From NCBI GenBank assembly GCA_031370005.1, contig JANMPT010000092.1, forward strand, positions 29,863 through 93,862: 64,000 nt of DNA. The letters are read 5' to 3'. This document shows positions 50,409 through 61,270 of the stretch, piece after piece (position 1 is the stretch's first letter; each line of letters starts with the position of its first letter). The translations under genes and the position numbers were made by a program. The DNA is from Bdellovibrionales bacterium. GTDB lineage: Bacteria > Bdellovibrionota > Bdellovibrionia > Bdellovibrionales > Bdellovibrionaceae. The notes beneath the pieces were generated by a model, which ran no database searches, was not told where the DNA came from, and saw only the letters and a list, made by a program, of their open reading frames with translations.

Positions 50409-51311
50409 CTAGCGAATCTCAAAATTCTCAAAACTATTTTTTAAAACAGTGCTCGCCATGCTCATAAATGCACTGAGCTTCGGAGTTACAAATCGATGTG
50501 CTGGATAGACAAAGTGCACAGGGCTCAGACTTGAGCGCCAGTCGGGTAGAATTCGAATGAGCTTTCCCGACTGCACCTCTGGATAGCAAATATGCGTGGG
50601 CAAATAGGCAATACCATTGCCCATCAATGTAAGCATTTTTGCCATATTTAAGTCATCCACCACGAGGCGGCCTGGAACAGGAACATTTAATGACCCCTTG
50701 AGTCCGGTCATTTTCCACTCGTCGAGTCCGAGCACTGTAAACTGGATACATTGATGGTTACGCAACTCCCGGGGATGGGCGGGAGTTCCGTTAGCCTTTA
50801 AATATTTTGGAGAGGCAAAAGGTGCAAAGTAAACTGCGCCTATTTTTTTTGCGATCAGAGTTGAGTCCTTCAGTTCACCGGCCCGAATTGCAAGGTCCAC
50901 ACTTTCGCTTAAGAGATCCACGCGCCGTCCAGTAAGAATTATCTCCACTCTGACTTTGGGATATTTGCTCATGAATTCAGAAACCAACCCTGGAAGGACG
51001 CTGCCGCCCAGCTCTATCGGGGCGGTAATGCGCAAGAGCCCCTGAGGCTCACCTTGAATGGTGGCAAGTTCAACTTCTGCGGCTTCGACCTCCTCGAGAC
51101 CGTGAATGCAGCGCTTAAAATAAGCCTGTCCAGCAGGAGTGATGTTTAACTTTCTTGTGGTTCGCTGAATCAAGGTGACGCCGAGGCGCTTTTCTAAAGA
51201 GGACAGCTTAAAGCTGACAGTTGAATTCGGCATTCCGAGCTTTTTTGCAGCAAGACTAAAGCTTCCTGCTTGCACAACCCTAATAAAAACTACGACTTCG
51301 TTAAAATCCAC
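50409..51311 (-). CDS. LysR-family transcriptional regulator
   Basis: N-terminal HTH (SFSLAAKKLGMPNSTVS...LEKRLGVTLIQRTTR), PQGLLRITAP and DLAIRAG. Confidence 0.95.
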   Translation of the reverse strand: MDFNEVVVFIRVVQAGSFSLAAKKLGMPNSTVSFKLSSLEKRLGVTLIQRTTRKLNITPAGQAYFKRCIHGLEEVEAAEVELATIQGEPQGLLRITAPIELGGSVLPGLVSEFMSKYPKVRVEIILTGRRVDLLSESVDLAIRAGELKDSTLIAKKIGAVYFAPFASPKYLKANGTPAHPRELRNHQCIQFTVLGLDEWKMTGLKGSLNVPVPGRLVVDDLNMAKMLTLMGNGIAYLPTHICYPEVQSGKLIRILPDWRSSLSPVHFVYPAHRFVTPKLSAFMSMASTVLKNSFENFEIR

Positions 51312-51429
51312 TTTTTTGATTATACAGCATATTGAAATATAATTCTAGTTTTTACCATCTAATAAATTATAAAAAGATTCGATATGATGTGCGTAGATAG
51401 TCGTTACCAATAAAACAAGGAGAATCCTT

Positions 51430-51960
51430 ATGAGCAAGGTATACCAAGTCGACCCGTCCCATTCTAGTGTAAGTTTCAGCATCAAACATATGATGATTGC
51501 TAAAGTTCACGGCAGTTTTGAGAAAATAAGCGGCAAAGTCATTTATGATTCTTCGAATCCCTCAAAGACTGCAGTTGAGATTGCAATTGAATCATCAAGT
51601 ATCAATACCCATGAGTCGCAAAGGGACAGTCACTTGAAAAGTCCTGAATTTTTTGATGTCGACAAGTATCCAACAATCTTATTTAAATCCAGCCGTGTGG
51701 ATGCTTCGGCTAATGAATTGAATGTTATCGGTGATCTTACAATTCACGGAGTAACAAAACAGGTGACCCTGATTGTTGAGGGTCCAAGTGAAGAAATGAA
51801 AGATCCATGGGGAAACGCAAGAATTGGCGCCTCTGGATCTGTTAAAATCAAACGAAAAGATTTTGGCCTCACCTGGAATACGGCCCTTGAGGCCGGCGGG
51901 CTAATGGTAGGTGACGAGGTCGCGATCGCTTTCGATGTTGAGTTTGTGAAACAAGTATAA
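51430..51960 (+). CDS. YceI-family polyisoprenoid-binding protein
   Basis: DPSHSSVSFSIKHMM, RDSHLKSPEFFD, GDLTIHGVTK and RKDFGLTWN. Confidence 0.93.
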   Translation: MSKVYQVDPSHSSVSFSIKHMMIAKVHGSFEKISGKVIYDSSNPSKTAVEIAIESSSINTHESQRDSHLKSPEFFDVDKYPTILFKSSRVDASANELNVIGDLTIHGVTKQVTLIVEGPSEEMKDPWGNARIGASGSVKIKRKDFGLTWNTALEAGGLMVGDEVAIAFDVEFVKQV

Positions 51961-52312
51961 AACAGCCAATTAGACGCGAACAGGCCAAGTCTGCCTCGTG
52001 GCACTTTGCCTGCGCGCTTTAAGCGTGTGAGGCCTTATCTATTTGATAATACTTAAAAAAAATAAAATAGATCCTTTTTATGTTTCCGATTTTGCTTGGG
52101 CAAATGGAATTCTGGGGTTTTCCGTTGACAAAGCCAGACTCGTTCAGCAAATTAATGGAGAACTTACGGTATCGACCGACCAATCAGTCAGATGATCGTA
52201 TCTTGTTTAATATTAAGTACAAACAAGACATCTAAACCTATAAATCCATTCTTATAAAAACAAGTATATTAAATATAAAAACACCTGTGAATTGAATACT
52301 AAGGAGTAAAGT

Positions 52313-54064
52313 TTGTCAGACCCAAAAGATTCGCAAAACGTTGAGGTTGCTAAAAAACGTCCCACTCGCGCAAAGCCCAAAATAGAGGCCACCGAAGCTC
52401 CCGCTCCAGATGTTACCGCCGATGCACAGCCGCAACCCCCTCCTCAAGAAAGCGCACCTCCCACTTCGCAGGAGGCCTCATCAGCACCTCAGACAGAGAC
52501 GAATCTTCGACCTCAGGAAAATCGCAATGTCGCTGATCGTGGTGCTCGTAATGATCGCGGCGGAGATCGTGACAACCGTGGCGGCGGACATCGTCGCTTT
52601 GATAATAAGAATCGTGACAATCGTGGTGGCGCCCAGCAAAGACATCAGTCTGGCGGCGGGCAACGCAGAGACAACTTTCAAAAATACGAGAATAGAGACC
52701 GCGGTCAAAATCGCACCCAAAATGAAGAAATGGGTGTGGAAGATCAGCAGTCTAATCAAAATTTAGATGTTGAACTTGCCGACATAAATTTAAGTGATGA
52801 GGAGAAAAGCTGGCTTAACTCCAAAGATCTGAAATCTAAAAATATTCAACAATTAACAGATCTAGCTCTTAAATTAAAAATCGAAAATGCGGCAGGAATG
52901 CGCCGTCAGGACATGATCTTTGAAATCTTAAAACGTGCCGCTCGTCTCGGCGTTGATATTTATGGCTCTGGCGTTTTAGAGATTCTGCCGGATGGTTACG
53001 GCTTCTTACGTTCGCCAGATTATAATTATCTTCCTGGGCCTGACGATATTTATGTAAGCCCCTCGCAAATTCGCCGCTTTGGTTTGAGGACTGGGGACAC
53101 TGTAACGGGAACAGTTCGTCCACCAAAAGAGGGCGAACGATATTTCGCACTTTTGAAGGTCGATTCTTTGAATTTTGAGACCACGGAAAAAGGAAAAGAT
53201 AAAATTCTTTTCGATAACTTAACGCCGCTTTACCCTAATGTGCGTTTAAAGCTTGAACATAATCCAGGTGATTATACGACGCGGGTTGTGGATCTGATGG
53301 CCCCCCTCGGAAAAGGTCAACGGGCCTTGATCGTTGCTCCGCCAAGAACTGGTAAAACTGTTCTTATGCAAAATATTGCCAATGCCATTACGGCCAATCA
53401 CCCGGAAGTGAAACTGATTGTTCTTTTGATTGATGAGCGCCCCGAAGAGGTGACAGATATGCAAAGAACTGTGAAGGGAGAAGTGATCTCATCAACATTC
53501 GATGAGCCACCAACTCGTCACGTTCAGGTTGCTGAGATGGTTATCGAGAAAGCAAAACGACTTGTGGAACACAAACATGACGTCGTGATTCTGCTTGATT
53601 CGATTACCCGGTTGGCCCGTGCCTATAATACGGTGGTTCCTCCCTCTGGAAAGATCTTGTCGGGAGGTGTTGACTCCAATGCTCTCCATAAACCAAAACG
53701 CTTTTTCGGCGCAGCCCGTAATATTGAAGAAGGTGGATCGCTTACAATTATTGCAACTGCCTTGGTGGATACTGGTTCGCGCATGGATGAGGTTATATTT
53801 GAGGAGTTTAAAGGAACTGGTAACTCAGAAATTCACTTGGATCGTAAGCTTATGGATAAACGGATCTTCCCTTGTATGGATATTAATAAATCTGGAACTC
53901 GCAAGGAAGATTTGCTAATTGAAAAAAGTGATTTGAATCGACTCTTCATATTAAGAAGAGTTTTAGCGCCAATGAATGTCGTCGACGCAATGGAGTTTTT
54001 GATCGACAAAGTTCAGGGAACTAAAACCAATACGGATTTCTTGAAGGCTATGTCAGGCAATTAG
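52313..54064 (+). CDS. rho: Transcription termination factor Rho with long disordered N-terminal extension
   Basis: AAGGAG RBS and TTG start; [38 protein letters not shown] and [17 protein letters not shown]. Confidence 0.97.
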   Translation: MSDPKDSQNVEVAKKRPTRAKPKIEATEAPAPDVTADAQPQPPPQESAPPTSQEASSAPQTETNLRPQENRNVADRGARNDRGGDRDNRGGGHRRFDNKNRDNRGGAQQRHQSGGGQRRDNFQKYENRDRGQNRTQNEEMGVEDQQSNQNLDVELADINLSDEEKSWLNSKDLKSKNIQQLTDLALKLKIENAAGMRRQDMIFEILKRAARLGVDIYGSGVLEILPDGYGFLRSPDYNYLPGPDDIYVSPSQIRRFGLRTGDTVTGTVRPPKEGERYFALLKVDSLNFETTEKGKDKILFDNLTPLYPNVRLKLEHNPGDYTTRVVDLMAPLGKGQRALIVAPPRTGKTVLMQNIANAITANHPEVKLIVLLIDERPEEVTDMQRTVKGEVISSTFDEPPTRHVQVAEMVIEKAKRLVEHKHDVVILLDSITRLARAYNTVVPPSGKILSGGVDSNALHKPKRFFGAARNIEEGGSLTIIATALVDTGSRMDEVIFEEFKGTGNSEIHLDRKLMDKRIFPCMDINKSGTRKEDLLIEKSDLNRLFILRRVLAPMNVVDAMEFLIDKVQGTKTNTDFLKAMSGN

Positions 54065-54213
54065 AATTTGTAAGCATTTGATTATATGAAGTTTTTTAAG
54101 CCAATAGCAGCGCTTAAAAAATTAGCGCTTTCTGATGGACATTGCTTGGCCCTCTATGTTACAAAACTGAGGCTTACGGCCAATAATATTCAATAATTAG
54201 AAGGAATTAGGTC

Positions 54214-54459
54214 ATGAAAAAAGATCTTCATCCAAAAATTAACACTGTTGTTTTCAAAGATATCTCTTGTGATTTCAGTTTCCTGGGGACTTCCACTATG
54301 CACTCGTCTGAAGTTGTAAAGTGGGAGGACGGCAAGGAATACCCAATGATCAAAGTAGAGATTTCTTCTGAATCACATCCATTCTATACGGGCAAACAAC
54401 GTATATTGGATACAGAGGGTCGTATTGATCGCTTCAAGAAGAAATACGGGAAAAAATAA
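54214..54459 (+). CDS. rpmE: 50S ribosomal protein L31 (type B, no Zn motif)
   Basis: [26 protein letters not shown] and [10 protein letters not shown]; 81 aa. Confidence 0.95.
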   Translation: MKKDLHPKINTVVFKDISCDFSFLGTSTMHSSEVVKWEDGKEYPMIKVEISSESHPFYTGKQRILDTEGRIDRFKKKYGKK

Positions 54460-54502
54460 GCACACGTACCTCCACTATTTGCTGGAGGACTATTGCATTG
54501 GC

Positions 54503-54538
54503 AATGCGGTCCACTCTGAGGCCGCATTTGTTTTTTTT
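54503..54538 (+). terminator. Intrinsic terminator after rpmE
   Basis: aatgcggtc/ggccgcatt stem followed by a T-rich run. Confidence 0.6.
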
Positions 54539-54589
54539 GGACGCTTACTTGTTGTGATCACCGATTATATCGAACCAGAGGCATGAAAG

Positions 54590-55669
54590 ATGTTTTCAAA
54601 GCTTGCGGAAGTTGAATCACGCTATGAGCAGGTAAATCTCCAACTGCAAAGGCCCGATATTGCTTCTGATCAGAAAAAGTATCGCGCATTTATGAAAGAG
54701 TTGGCGGATCTCGAAAAAATCGTTTTGACCTACCGTGAATATAAAACCAAATCTGTAAACCTCAAGGCCAGCAAAGAGCTTTTGACAGCAGAGCAAGACA
54801 ATGAAATGCGCGAGCTGATTCGCGAAGAATTGAAAGAGCTCGAAGCTGACGTTCCCAGACTTGAGCAAGAGCTTAAGATCCTTTTAATCCCTAAAGATCC
54901 TAATGACGAAAAGAATATCATTCTTGAGATTCGAGCTGGAGCGGGTGGCGATGAGGCCTCTTTGTTCGCGGATGAGCTTTTCCGAGGCTATGCACATTTT
55001 GCGTTGAATCAAGGTTGGAAGGTGGAAATGCTTTCCTACTCTGAGGGAAATGTGGGTGGAGCAAAAGAAGTAATCGCTAGCATTTCTGGAAGCGCTGTTT
55101 TTAGCAAGTTGAAGTACGAGTCTGGTGTTCACCGTGTTCAGCGGGTACCTAAAACGGAGGCAGCAGGTCGCATTCATACTTCGACAGTTACGGTGGCGGT
55201 AATTCCAGAGGTGCCCATCAATGAAATTAAAATTAACTTGAATGAAGTCCGTATCGAAACCATGCGCTCTCAAGGATCAGGGGGACAATCGGTCAACAGA
55301 ACTGAATCTGCAGTGCGCGTTGTGCATTTGCCAACAGGCATTGATGTGAAATGCCAAGAGGGTAAGTCACAGGGGTCAAATAAGGAGCGTGCTTTCCAAA
55401 TTTTGTATGCAAAGCTCCAGCAAATTGAAGACGACAAGGTTCGTAAAGAGGCCTCTGATGCTCGTCTAGAACAAATCGGAACCGGCGACCGATCTGAACG
55501 TATTCGGACCTATAACTTTCCGCAAACCCGCATTACAGATCACCGTATTGGCTTGACGATTCATCAACTTGATCAAGTTATGGGGGGTTCTTTTGAGTTG
55601 CTGATTGATCCGCTCATTGCTAACTTTCAAGCCGAGGCCTTGAAACAACAAACCACTGCTGGGCAATGA
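54590..55669 (+). CDS. prfA: Peptide chain release factor 1
   Basis: [25 protein letters not shown] (PxT), GGQ and [12 protein letters not shown]. Confidence 0.97.
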   Translation: MFSKLAEVESRYEQVNLQLQRPDIASDQKKYRAFMKELADLEKIVLTYREYKTKSVNLKASKELLTAEQDNEMRELIREELKELEADVPRLEQELKILLIPKDPNDEKNIILEIRAGAGGDEASLFADELFRGYAHFALNQGWKVEMLSYSEGNVGGAKEVIASISGSAVFSKLKYESGVHRVQRVPKTEAAGRIHTSTVTVAVIPEVPINEIKINLNEVRIETMRSQGSGGQSVNRTESAVRVVHLPTGIDVKCQEGKSQGSNKERAFQILYAKLQQIEDDKVRKEASDARLEQIGTGDRSERIRTYNFPQTRITDHRIGLTIHQLDQVMGGSFELLIDPLIANFQAEALKQQTTAGQ

Positions 55670-56559
55670 CACTAAAAGAAATTTTGGATAAAACGACACA
55701 GTTCCTTAAAGATAAAAAATTCGAGTCTGCACGTCTCGAAGCGGAACTTTTGTTGGCCCATGGTCTGAAGCTTCAGCGTATTCAATTGTATCTCAAGTTC
55801 GATCAGCCCTTGGCAGAGGCAGAGCTCGCTGTTTGCCGCGAGCTTGTTCGTCGTCGTATTCAAGGAGAGCCCGTCGCGTATATCTTAGGAGCAAAAGACT
55901 TCTATGGTTATAGCTTCCAGGTGAGTCCTGCTGTTCTTATCCCTCGACCAGAAACTGAGCATCTTGTGGAGTCTGCTTTAGCTTGGGCAAAGGAGCAAAA
56001 TCCTGATAAGGACGTTGCGTATAGCATTGTTGACTTAGGGTCTGGATCGGGTTGTATCGGATTAACATTACTTAAAAAATTACCATTAGCAAAACTTGTT
56101 GCCGTTGATATTTCAAAAAATGCACTTGAGGTTGCCAAAGCCAATGCCGAGGCGCTGGAGGTTGTGGATCGCGTTCGGTTCGTAAACACAGGGGCTGAGG
56201 ATGTCAATGGGGTTTTGACTGCCATAGATGAACACACGGGCGCGGTGAAAATTCATATCCTAGTTTCTAATCCGCCATACATTGCGTCCCAGGACACAGC
56301 TTTAGAAGAAAACGTAAAAAAATTCGAACCAGAAATTGCTCTCTTCGCGGAAGAAAATGGGTTAGGATTCCTGCGCGACTGGTCTGAAAAATATGGCCCA
56401 TTTATGAGCGACAATGCCATTTTCTTGATGGAAATGGGAATGACTCAGGGGCCGGTTATGAAAAAACATTTTGAAGGCTTAGGTGTTTTTAACAAAGTGG
56501 ACATATTAAAAGATCTTGCGAATCTTGATAGAGTCATTCGAGGAGTAAAAAATGGATAA
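55666..56559 (+). CDS. prmC: Release factor glutamine methyltransferase
   Basis: [27 protein letters not shown] and SNPPY. Confidence 0.96.
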   Translation: MTLKEILDKTTQFLKDKKFESARLEAELLLAHGLKLQRIQLYLKFDQPLAEAELAVCRELVRRRIQGEPVAYILGAKDFYGYSFQVSPAVLIPRPETEHLVESALAWAKEQNPDKDVAYSIVDLGSGSGCIGLTLLKKLPLAKLVAVDISKNALEVAKANAEALEVVDRVRFVNTGAEDVNGVLTAIDEHTGAVKIHILVSNPPYIASQDTALEENVKKFEPEIALFAEENGLGFLRDWSEKYGPFMSDNAIFLMEMGMTQGPVMKKHFEGLGVFNKVDILKDLANLDRVIRGVKNG

Positions 56560-57805
56560 AATGCTAGTCACGGGTGGCGTGACTCTTCAAGGAAGTGTTC
56601 GCACGAGCGGTGCCAAGAATGCCGCACTTCCGATTCTTTTTTCAACTCTTCTCGCTGAAGGTGAACACGTTTTCAGAAACGTTCCGCAATTGAAAGACAT
56701 TGAGTCCACAGCAAGGCTTTTAGAAAGCCTAGGATGTGAAACGCGTAGAGACGGAGATACCTTTCGGGTGAAAGTAAGCAAGCTTCAATCCGTTGAGGCT
56801 CACTATGACTTAGTTCGAAAAATGAGAGCAAGCATTCTGTGTTTAGGCCCGATCCTCACAAAATATGGAGAGGCTATAGTTTCAATGCCAGGAGGCTGTG
56901 CCATTGGCACGCGCCCGATTGATTTACATCTAGAAGGAATGAGAGCGCTGGGTGCCGAAATCACCCTTAAGGAAGGCTACGTTCACGCGGCCGCAAAGCG
57001 CCTCAGGGGTGACACAATTCTTTTTGAAACCTGCACCGTGGGTGGAACTGAAAATATTTTAATGGCGGCAACCCTCGCAAATGGAAAGACTATTTTAGAG
57101 AACGCCGCAAAAGAACCCGAAATTGTTGATCTTGCGGAATACTTAATCAAGATGGGTGCTAAAATTACTGGCCACGGCACAAGTATTATCACCATCGAAG
57201 GTGTGGATAAGCTGACGCCAGCAGAGCATACGATCATGCCTGATCGTATCGAGGCAGGGACGCTGCTAATCGCGGGCGCCATTACTAAAGGTGAGGTCAC
57301 TGTAGAAAAATGTGTTCCTCAACACATAGAGGCCCTGGTCTTAAAAATGAGAGAAGCCGGTTTCAAAATTGAACAAGGCAAAAACTCCCTTACAATTTTT
57401 AAAACGAATACTTGGGAGGCCGTAGATATAACGACGGCTCCACATCCACTTTTTCCAACTGATTTGCAGGCTCAATTTATGGCCCTGATGGCAGTTGCAA
57501 ATGGAACAAGTATTATCAGCGAAACAATTTTTGAAAACCGCTTCATGCACGTTCAGGAGCTCATCCGTTTGGGTGCGGATATTACTCCTAAAACAAGGGT
57601 TGCCGTAGTCAGAGGACGACCAGATGGTCTCACGGCGGCTCCGGTAATGGCGACGGATCTAAGAGCGAGTGCTTCCTTAGTCCTTGCTGGTCTGGTCGCT
57701 AAAGGCGAAACCACCGTTGGTCGCATCTATCACCTCGATCGGGGATATGAAAATTTAGAATCGAAACTACAAGGACTCGGCGCAAAAATCCAAAGAGCAG
57801 AGTAA
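56552..57805 (+). CDS. murA: UDP-N-acetylglucosamine 1-carboxyvinyltransferase
   Basis: GAKNAALP, MPGGCAIGTRPIDLH, PDRIEAGT, FENRFMH and DRGY. Confidence 0.98.
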   Translation: MDKMLVTGGVTLQGSVRTSGAKNAALPILFSTLLAEGEHVFRNVPQLKDIESTARLLESLGCETRRDGDTFRVKVSKLQSVEAHYDLVRKMRASILCLGPILTKYGEAIVSMPGGCAIGTRPIDLHLEGMRALGAEITLKEGYVHAAAKRLRGDTILFETCTVGGTENILMAATLANGKTILENAAKEPEIVDLAEYLIKMGAKITGHGTSIITIEGVDKLTPAEHTIMPDRIEAGTLLIAGAITKGEVTVEKCVPQHIEALVLKMREAGFKIEQGKNSLTIFKTNTWEAVDITTAPHPLFPTDLQAQFMALMAVANGTSIISETIFENRFMHVQELIRLGADITPKTRVAVVRGRPDGLTAAPVMATDLRASASLVLAGLVAKGETTVGRIYHLDRGYENLESKLQGLGAKIQRAE

Positions 57806-57848
57806 GCAATCAGCTAATCGTACTCTCCACTGTCCATGAATTTTGGAC

Positions 57849-57886
57849 AAAAAAAAGCCTCGAGGGAGGGGTCCATTCGAGGCTTT
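57849..57886 (-). terminator. Distal intrinsic terminator with C-rich loop
   Basis: Minus strand AAAGCCTCGA-ATGGACCCCTCCC-TCGAGGC followed by T8. Confidence 0.8.
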
Positions 57887-57895
57887 CAAGAGAAG

Positions 57896-57934
57896 AAAAA
57901 AAATGTCCCAGTCCGGAGGGGATGGACCGAGACA
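57896..57934 (-). terminator. Proximal intrinsic terminator with C-rich loop
   Basis: Minus strand TGTCTCGGTCC-ATCCCCTCC-GGACTGGGACA followed by T8; the stem pairs fully only on the minus strand (two G-U pairs). Confidence 0.8.
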
Positions 57935-57949
57935 CTCGTGGTATCGAGG

Positions 57950-58171
57950 CTATTTGCTAGCCCCACTGTTACCGATACTTAGCATTGTCATCATGTCATG
58001 ACCTTGATTTCCGAATTTGGGGAGGGGGTCCACCTTGTAAGGATTAAAGAAAGGTCTGACAGGATGTTTAGGCCCTGTAAAATAAACTGAAGATTCTGAT
58101 TCGGCCCGCGATACTGCAGAAATAGCGAGAACTGCCAAGATGTAGATTGCTATAAATGCATTTCGGATCAT
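57950..58171 (-). CDS. Small secreted protein (73 aa)
   Basis: GGGAG RBS 7 nt upstream, signal peptide ending SRA; lies between a sigma54 promoter and terminators. Confidence 0.65.
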   Translation of the reverse strand: MIRNAFIAIYILAVLAISAVSRAESESSVYFTGPKHPVRPFFNPYKVDPLPKFGNQGHDMMTMLSIGNSGASK

Positions 58172-58200
58172 TTCATAACTCCCATTGAGTAAGAGCTAAA

Positions 58201-58215
58201 GCAACACCCGTGCCA
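58201..58215 (-). promoter_or_regulatory. Sigma54 (-24/-12) promoter
   Basis: Minus strand TGGCACGGGTGTTGC, a consensus GG-N10-GC. Confidence 0.85.
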
Positions 58216-58277
58216 ACCCTTTCAGTGGTTAGGGGCGAATTGAGTTTGATTTTAATATGATTAAAGAGACCCAAAAC

Positions 58278-58364
58278 CCAATTTGGTAATTCCATATTGG
58301 GTTGCCTGATTCCAATTTGGGACTAAGGTCCAAGGACTTTTGTAGGGACCTGAAACCAATTTGG
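58278..58364. promoter_or_regulatory. Four CCAWWTTGG near-palindromic boxes, putative enhancer-binding sites
   Basis: CCAATTTGG at 58278, 58312 and 58356; CCATATTGG at 58292. Confidence 0.55.
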
Positions 58365-58411
58365 AGCAGATAGTACTCTGTATGTAAAAAGCAAAATATA
58401 ATCAACTATCT

Positions 58412-61261
58412 ATGTCGCGTATTCAAATTCATTGGATTGTTAAAGCTAGCGCAGGCCAAACAAAGGGGCCTTACACTACTGAAGCTCTTTTGAAGCTGAT
58501 CAGTGAAGGTGCATTTTCGGGCTCCGAAATGGTTTCCCGTTATCCCGGTGGTCAGTGGACTATACTTTCTAAGGAACCGCAGTTTTATGACAAATTGCTT
58601 GAGGCACTTGAGAACTCAGTCGAGGAAGTGCCAAGGTCAAATGACAATGTAAATGCAGAAACCATTGTTGGCCCAGTACCAGAGCATCTAAAAAATCCTC
58701 ATAGCACGCAGAGATCGATTTTAGAAAAATCGGAAGCATTTCAGCAGGGCTCGAAGAATAAGCCCATAGAAAGAACTCAATTGCCCCCCTCTGTGGGCGG
58801 TGGGCCTATTATTGAGCTTAAGAACATTGAACAGGCTCAGCGGATTGCATTCGTAAAAAATGCTAAGTGGCCGCTCATTTTAGTTTCTTTGGCTCTTTTG
58901 CTTGTGGTCTATGTTCTTTTACCTAACGGACCTGATGCGGGCGAAAAAATTAGCCTTATTGCTCCGAAAAGGGGTGCTGCAGCGATGAGTGATCAGCAGG
59001 CGAAAGAGAAATACAGTGCCGCAGTTGCTGCGATAGAGGCTGACACTATTGAGTCTTATCTTGTGGCGCAAAACCATTTGGTTTCTATAGTCGAAGGTGC
59101 TCCTAGCAATCTCGAGGTTCGTGGTCTTTTATGTTTGGTGTACAAAGAGCTTTGGCCTTTTGCAAAGCAGGATGCAAGTGACATTCGGACCATTTCGAGT
59201 GTTACACAGGCGACTCGGGCATTAAATGCGGTGGGGCTTTTCGGAAGCATTTGCGAGATTGTAAACCTCGAGACCTCAGGTCATTACAATGAAGCTCGTG
59301 GCGTAGTCGAGTCTGCTCTTGAAACTGCAGATCGGTTTTCTCTTTTACCAGTTCTTTATCAATTCAAGGCCGAGTTGCTGGAAGCCGACAAAGACTATGC
59401 GAATGCGGCACCGTACTATGAAAAAGCCGCGCAGCTTTGGGAGCGATGGCTTCGTCCGCAGGTGAAATCTGGCATGATGGCGGCTGCCCAAAATCAAGGC
59501 CCAAGGGCGTCCCAGTTTTTTAGAAATGTCCTCGCAAAAAACCCAAACCATCGCGAAGCAAAAATTCGCGAGGGGATTCTTGAGTACAGAGCCTTCAAAC
59601 AAGAAGAAAAAGCTTTTAAACTTTTAAAGTCAGCCATGAGCTCCACGGCACGCGTGCAAAGAGATCTTGAGGCCGAGGGGTATTTTGCTCTCGCCGAACT
59701 GTATCTTAATAAGAATGAAAAAAGTTCTGCACTGACGGCTGCTCAAGGGGCCTATAGACTGAGCCCGAACAATTCTCAATACAGACAATTGGTGATGAGG
59801 CTTGGTGGTTCAGACCAAATTAAGGAAAAATCAACAAACAGTGAGATGATGTTTGTCGGTGATCAGTACGCTCGCACTGGCGATTGTTTGGCGGCACAGG
59901 CAGAGTACAAAGCGGCCTTTGAAATGGAGCCAAAGAATGGGATGGCCGCCGTTAAGGCAGCAAAATGTCTGTGGCAATTAAATCAAAGCTTTGAATCTAT
60001 TGAGTGGTTAACAAAGGCAATTAAAGCAGAGCCACACCTCATCACAGCTTATGTTCTTCAAGCGGACTATATGTCTCAGCGTTATAATTTTGTAGGTGCG
60101 GCCAATGCATTAACAAATGCGGCAAGGGTTTCGCCAAATAATTATGAAATACTGCGTGGAATGGCTTTGATTGAGTTTCGCAGAAATAATATGCAAGGTT
60201 CGATCAATTTCGCTCAGCGCGCGCTTCGGGCTTATGATGCAGATATCGAGACTTATATACTTTTGGCAAAGGCCAGTGCGTCACTTTATGCCGGGATGGT
60301 TTCTTCAACTAAAAAAGACACGGAAGCGCGGGAAAGCTATCAGCACGATGCTCTTCGCTATGCAACAAAGGCGGTTGAGATTGATGGGACCAACACAGAT
60401 GCGCAAATCACCTACGCAAAAGTCATGGCTCAAATTAATGGAGTGGACTCCGGTGTGAATTACATAAAGGAACTCATTAAAAAATACTCTTACTCTTTAG
60501 AATACCGCGTGGCTTTGGCTGAGATTTATAAGTCAGAAGAGCGGTACTCCAAGGCTCAAGAATATTATGAGCAAGTGACTGAAGTTGACCCGAAAAATAA
60601 AAAAGCATTCATTGGGTTGGGCGAATGTTATAAAGCCGTGGGCTTGATAGATCGTTCTTTGAAGGCTTTTTTATCTGCGGCAGTTTTAGATCCGTCCGAT
60701 GGCGAAGCCCTATTCCAAGTTGGAAAGCTATATATGGATGCTGGCCACTTCGATAAAGCGATTCAGCAATTTAGACAAGTTAAGAGCGTCAACGCTCAGT
60801 TTCCAAGAGCGTACTATTATATTGGAAAGGCCGCAGCTCGCGCTGGTAATTTCAATATGGCCTTGGACGCGGTTAAAAAAGAAAAGCAAGAGAACCCAAA
60901 CCTGGCAGACAGTTACATGTTAGCGGGGGAGATTTATGGGGCCAAAAAGCAATATGCCGAATGTGCTGCAGAGTATTCTCAGGCTATGAAATTACGGGCG
61001 CAAGGGGCGGATGCATATGTCAAAGCCGCCCAGTGTTACAGGCAGTCAGGCTCTATCGATATTGCGCAAGACTTGCTATCCATGGCGTCTTCCCGAGAGT
61101 CAGGTTATGCTGATATTTATAAAGAGCAGGGGGCAATTTACGAAATTCGTGGGGATATCCGCTCGGCGGTACAGTCATATAATAAATATTTAGGACTCTC
61201 GCCAAATGCTCCAGATTATGGTGAAATTGAAACTCGTATCAACCGTCTTGGTGGCGAATAA
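58412..61261 (+). CDS. Bitopic membrane protein with N-terminal GYF_2-like domain and long TPR array
   Basis: WIVK...KGPYTTEALLKLISEG...GQW, TM helix WPLILVSLALLLVVYVLL, and many TPR repeats. Confidence 0.85.
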   Translation: MSRIQIHWIVKASAGQTKGPYTTEALLKLISEGAFSGSEMVSRYPGGQWTILSKEPQFYDKLLEALENSVEEVPRSNDNVNAETIVGPVPEHLKNPHSTQRSILEKSEAFQQGSKNKPIERTQLPPSVGGGPIIELKNIEQAQRIAFVKNAKWPLILVSLALLLVVYVLLPNGPDAGEKISLIAPKRGAAAMSDQQAKEKYSAAVAAIEADTIESYLVAQNHLVSIVEGAPSNLEVRGLLCLVYKELWPFAKQDASDIRTISSVTQATRALNAVGLFGSICEIVNLETSGHYNEARGVVESALETADRFSLLPVLYQFKAELLEADKDYANAAPYYEKAAQLWERWLRPQVKSGMMAAAQNQGPRASQFFRNVLAKNPNHREAKIREGILEYRAFKQEEKAFKLLKSAMSSTARVQRDLEAEGYFALAELYLNKNEKSSALTAAQGAYRLSPNNSQYRQLVMRLGGSDQIKEKSTNSEMMFVGDQYARTGDCLAAQAEYKAAFEMEPKNGMAAVKAAKCLWQLNQSFESIEWLTKAIKAEPHLITAYVLQADYMSQRYNFVGAANALTNAARVSPNNYEILRGMALIEFRRNNMQGSINFAQRALRAYDADIETYILLAKASASLYAGMVSSTKKDTEARESYQHDALRYATKAVEIDGTNTDAQITYAKVMAQINGVDSGVNYIKELIKKYSYSLEYRVALAEIYKSEERYSKAQEYYEQVTEVDPKNKKAFIGLGECYKAVGLIDRSLKAFLSAAVLDPSDGEALFQVGKLYMDAGHFDKAIQQFRQVKSVNAQFPRAYYYIGKAAARAGNFNMALDAVKKEKQENPNLADSYMLAGEIYGAKKQYAECAAEYSQAMKLRAQGADAYVKAAQCYRQSGSIDIAQDLLSMASSRESGYADIYKEQGAIYEIRGDIRSAVQSYNKYLGLSPNAPDYGEIETRINRLGGE

Positions 61262-61270
61262 GGGGGAAGC

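Noticed and set aside
57849..57934. Plus-strand CsrA-sponge RNA with GGA loops
   Set aside because: The U tracts and G-U-compatible pairing both favour the minus strand; on the plus strand the proximal stem has C-A mismatches. Disfavoured, not fully excluded.
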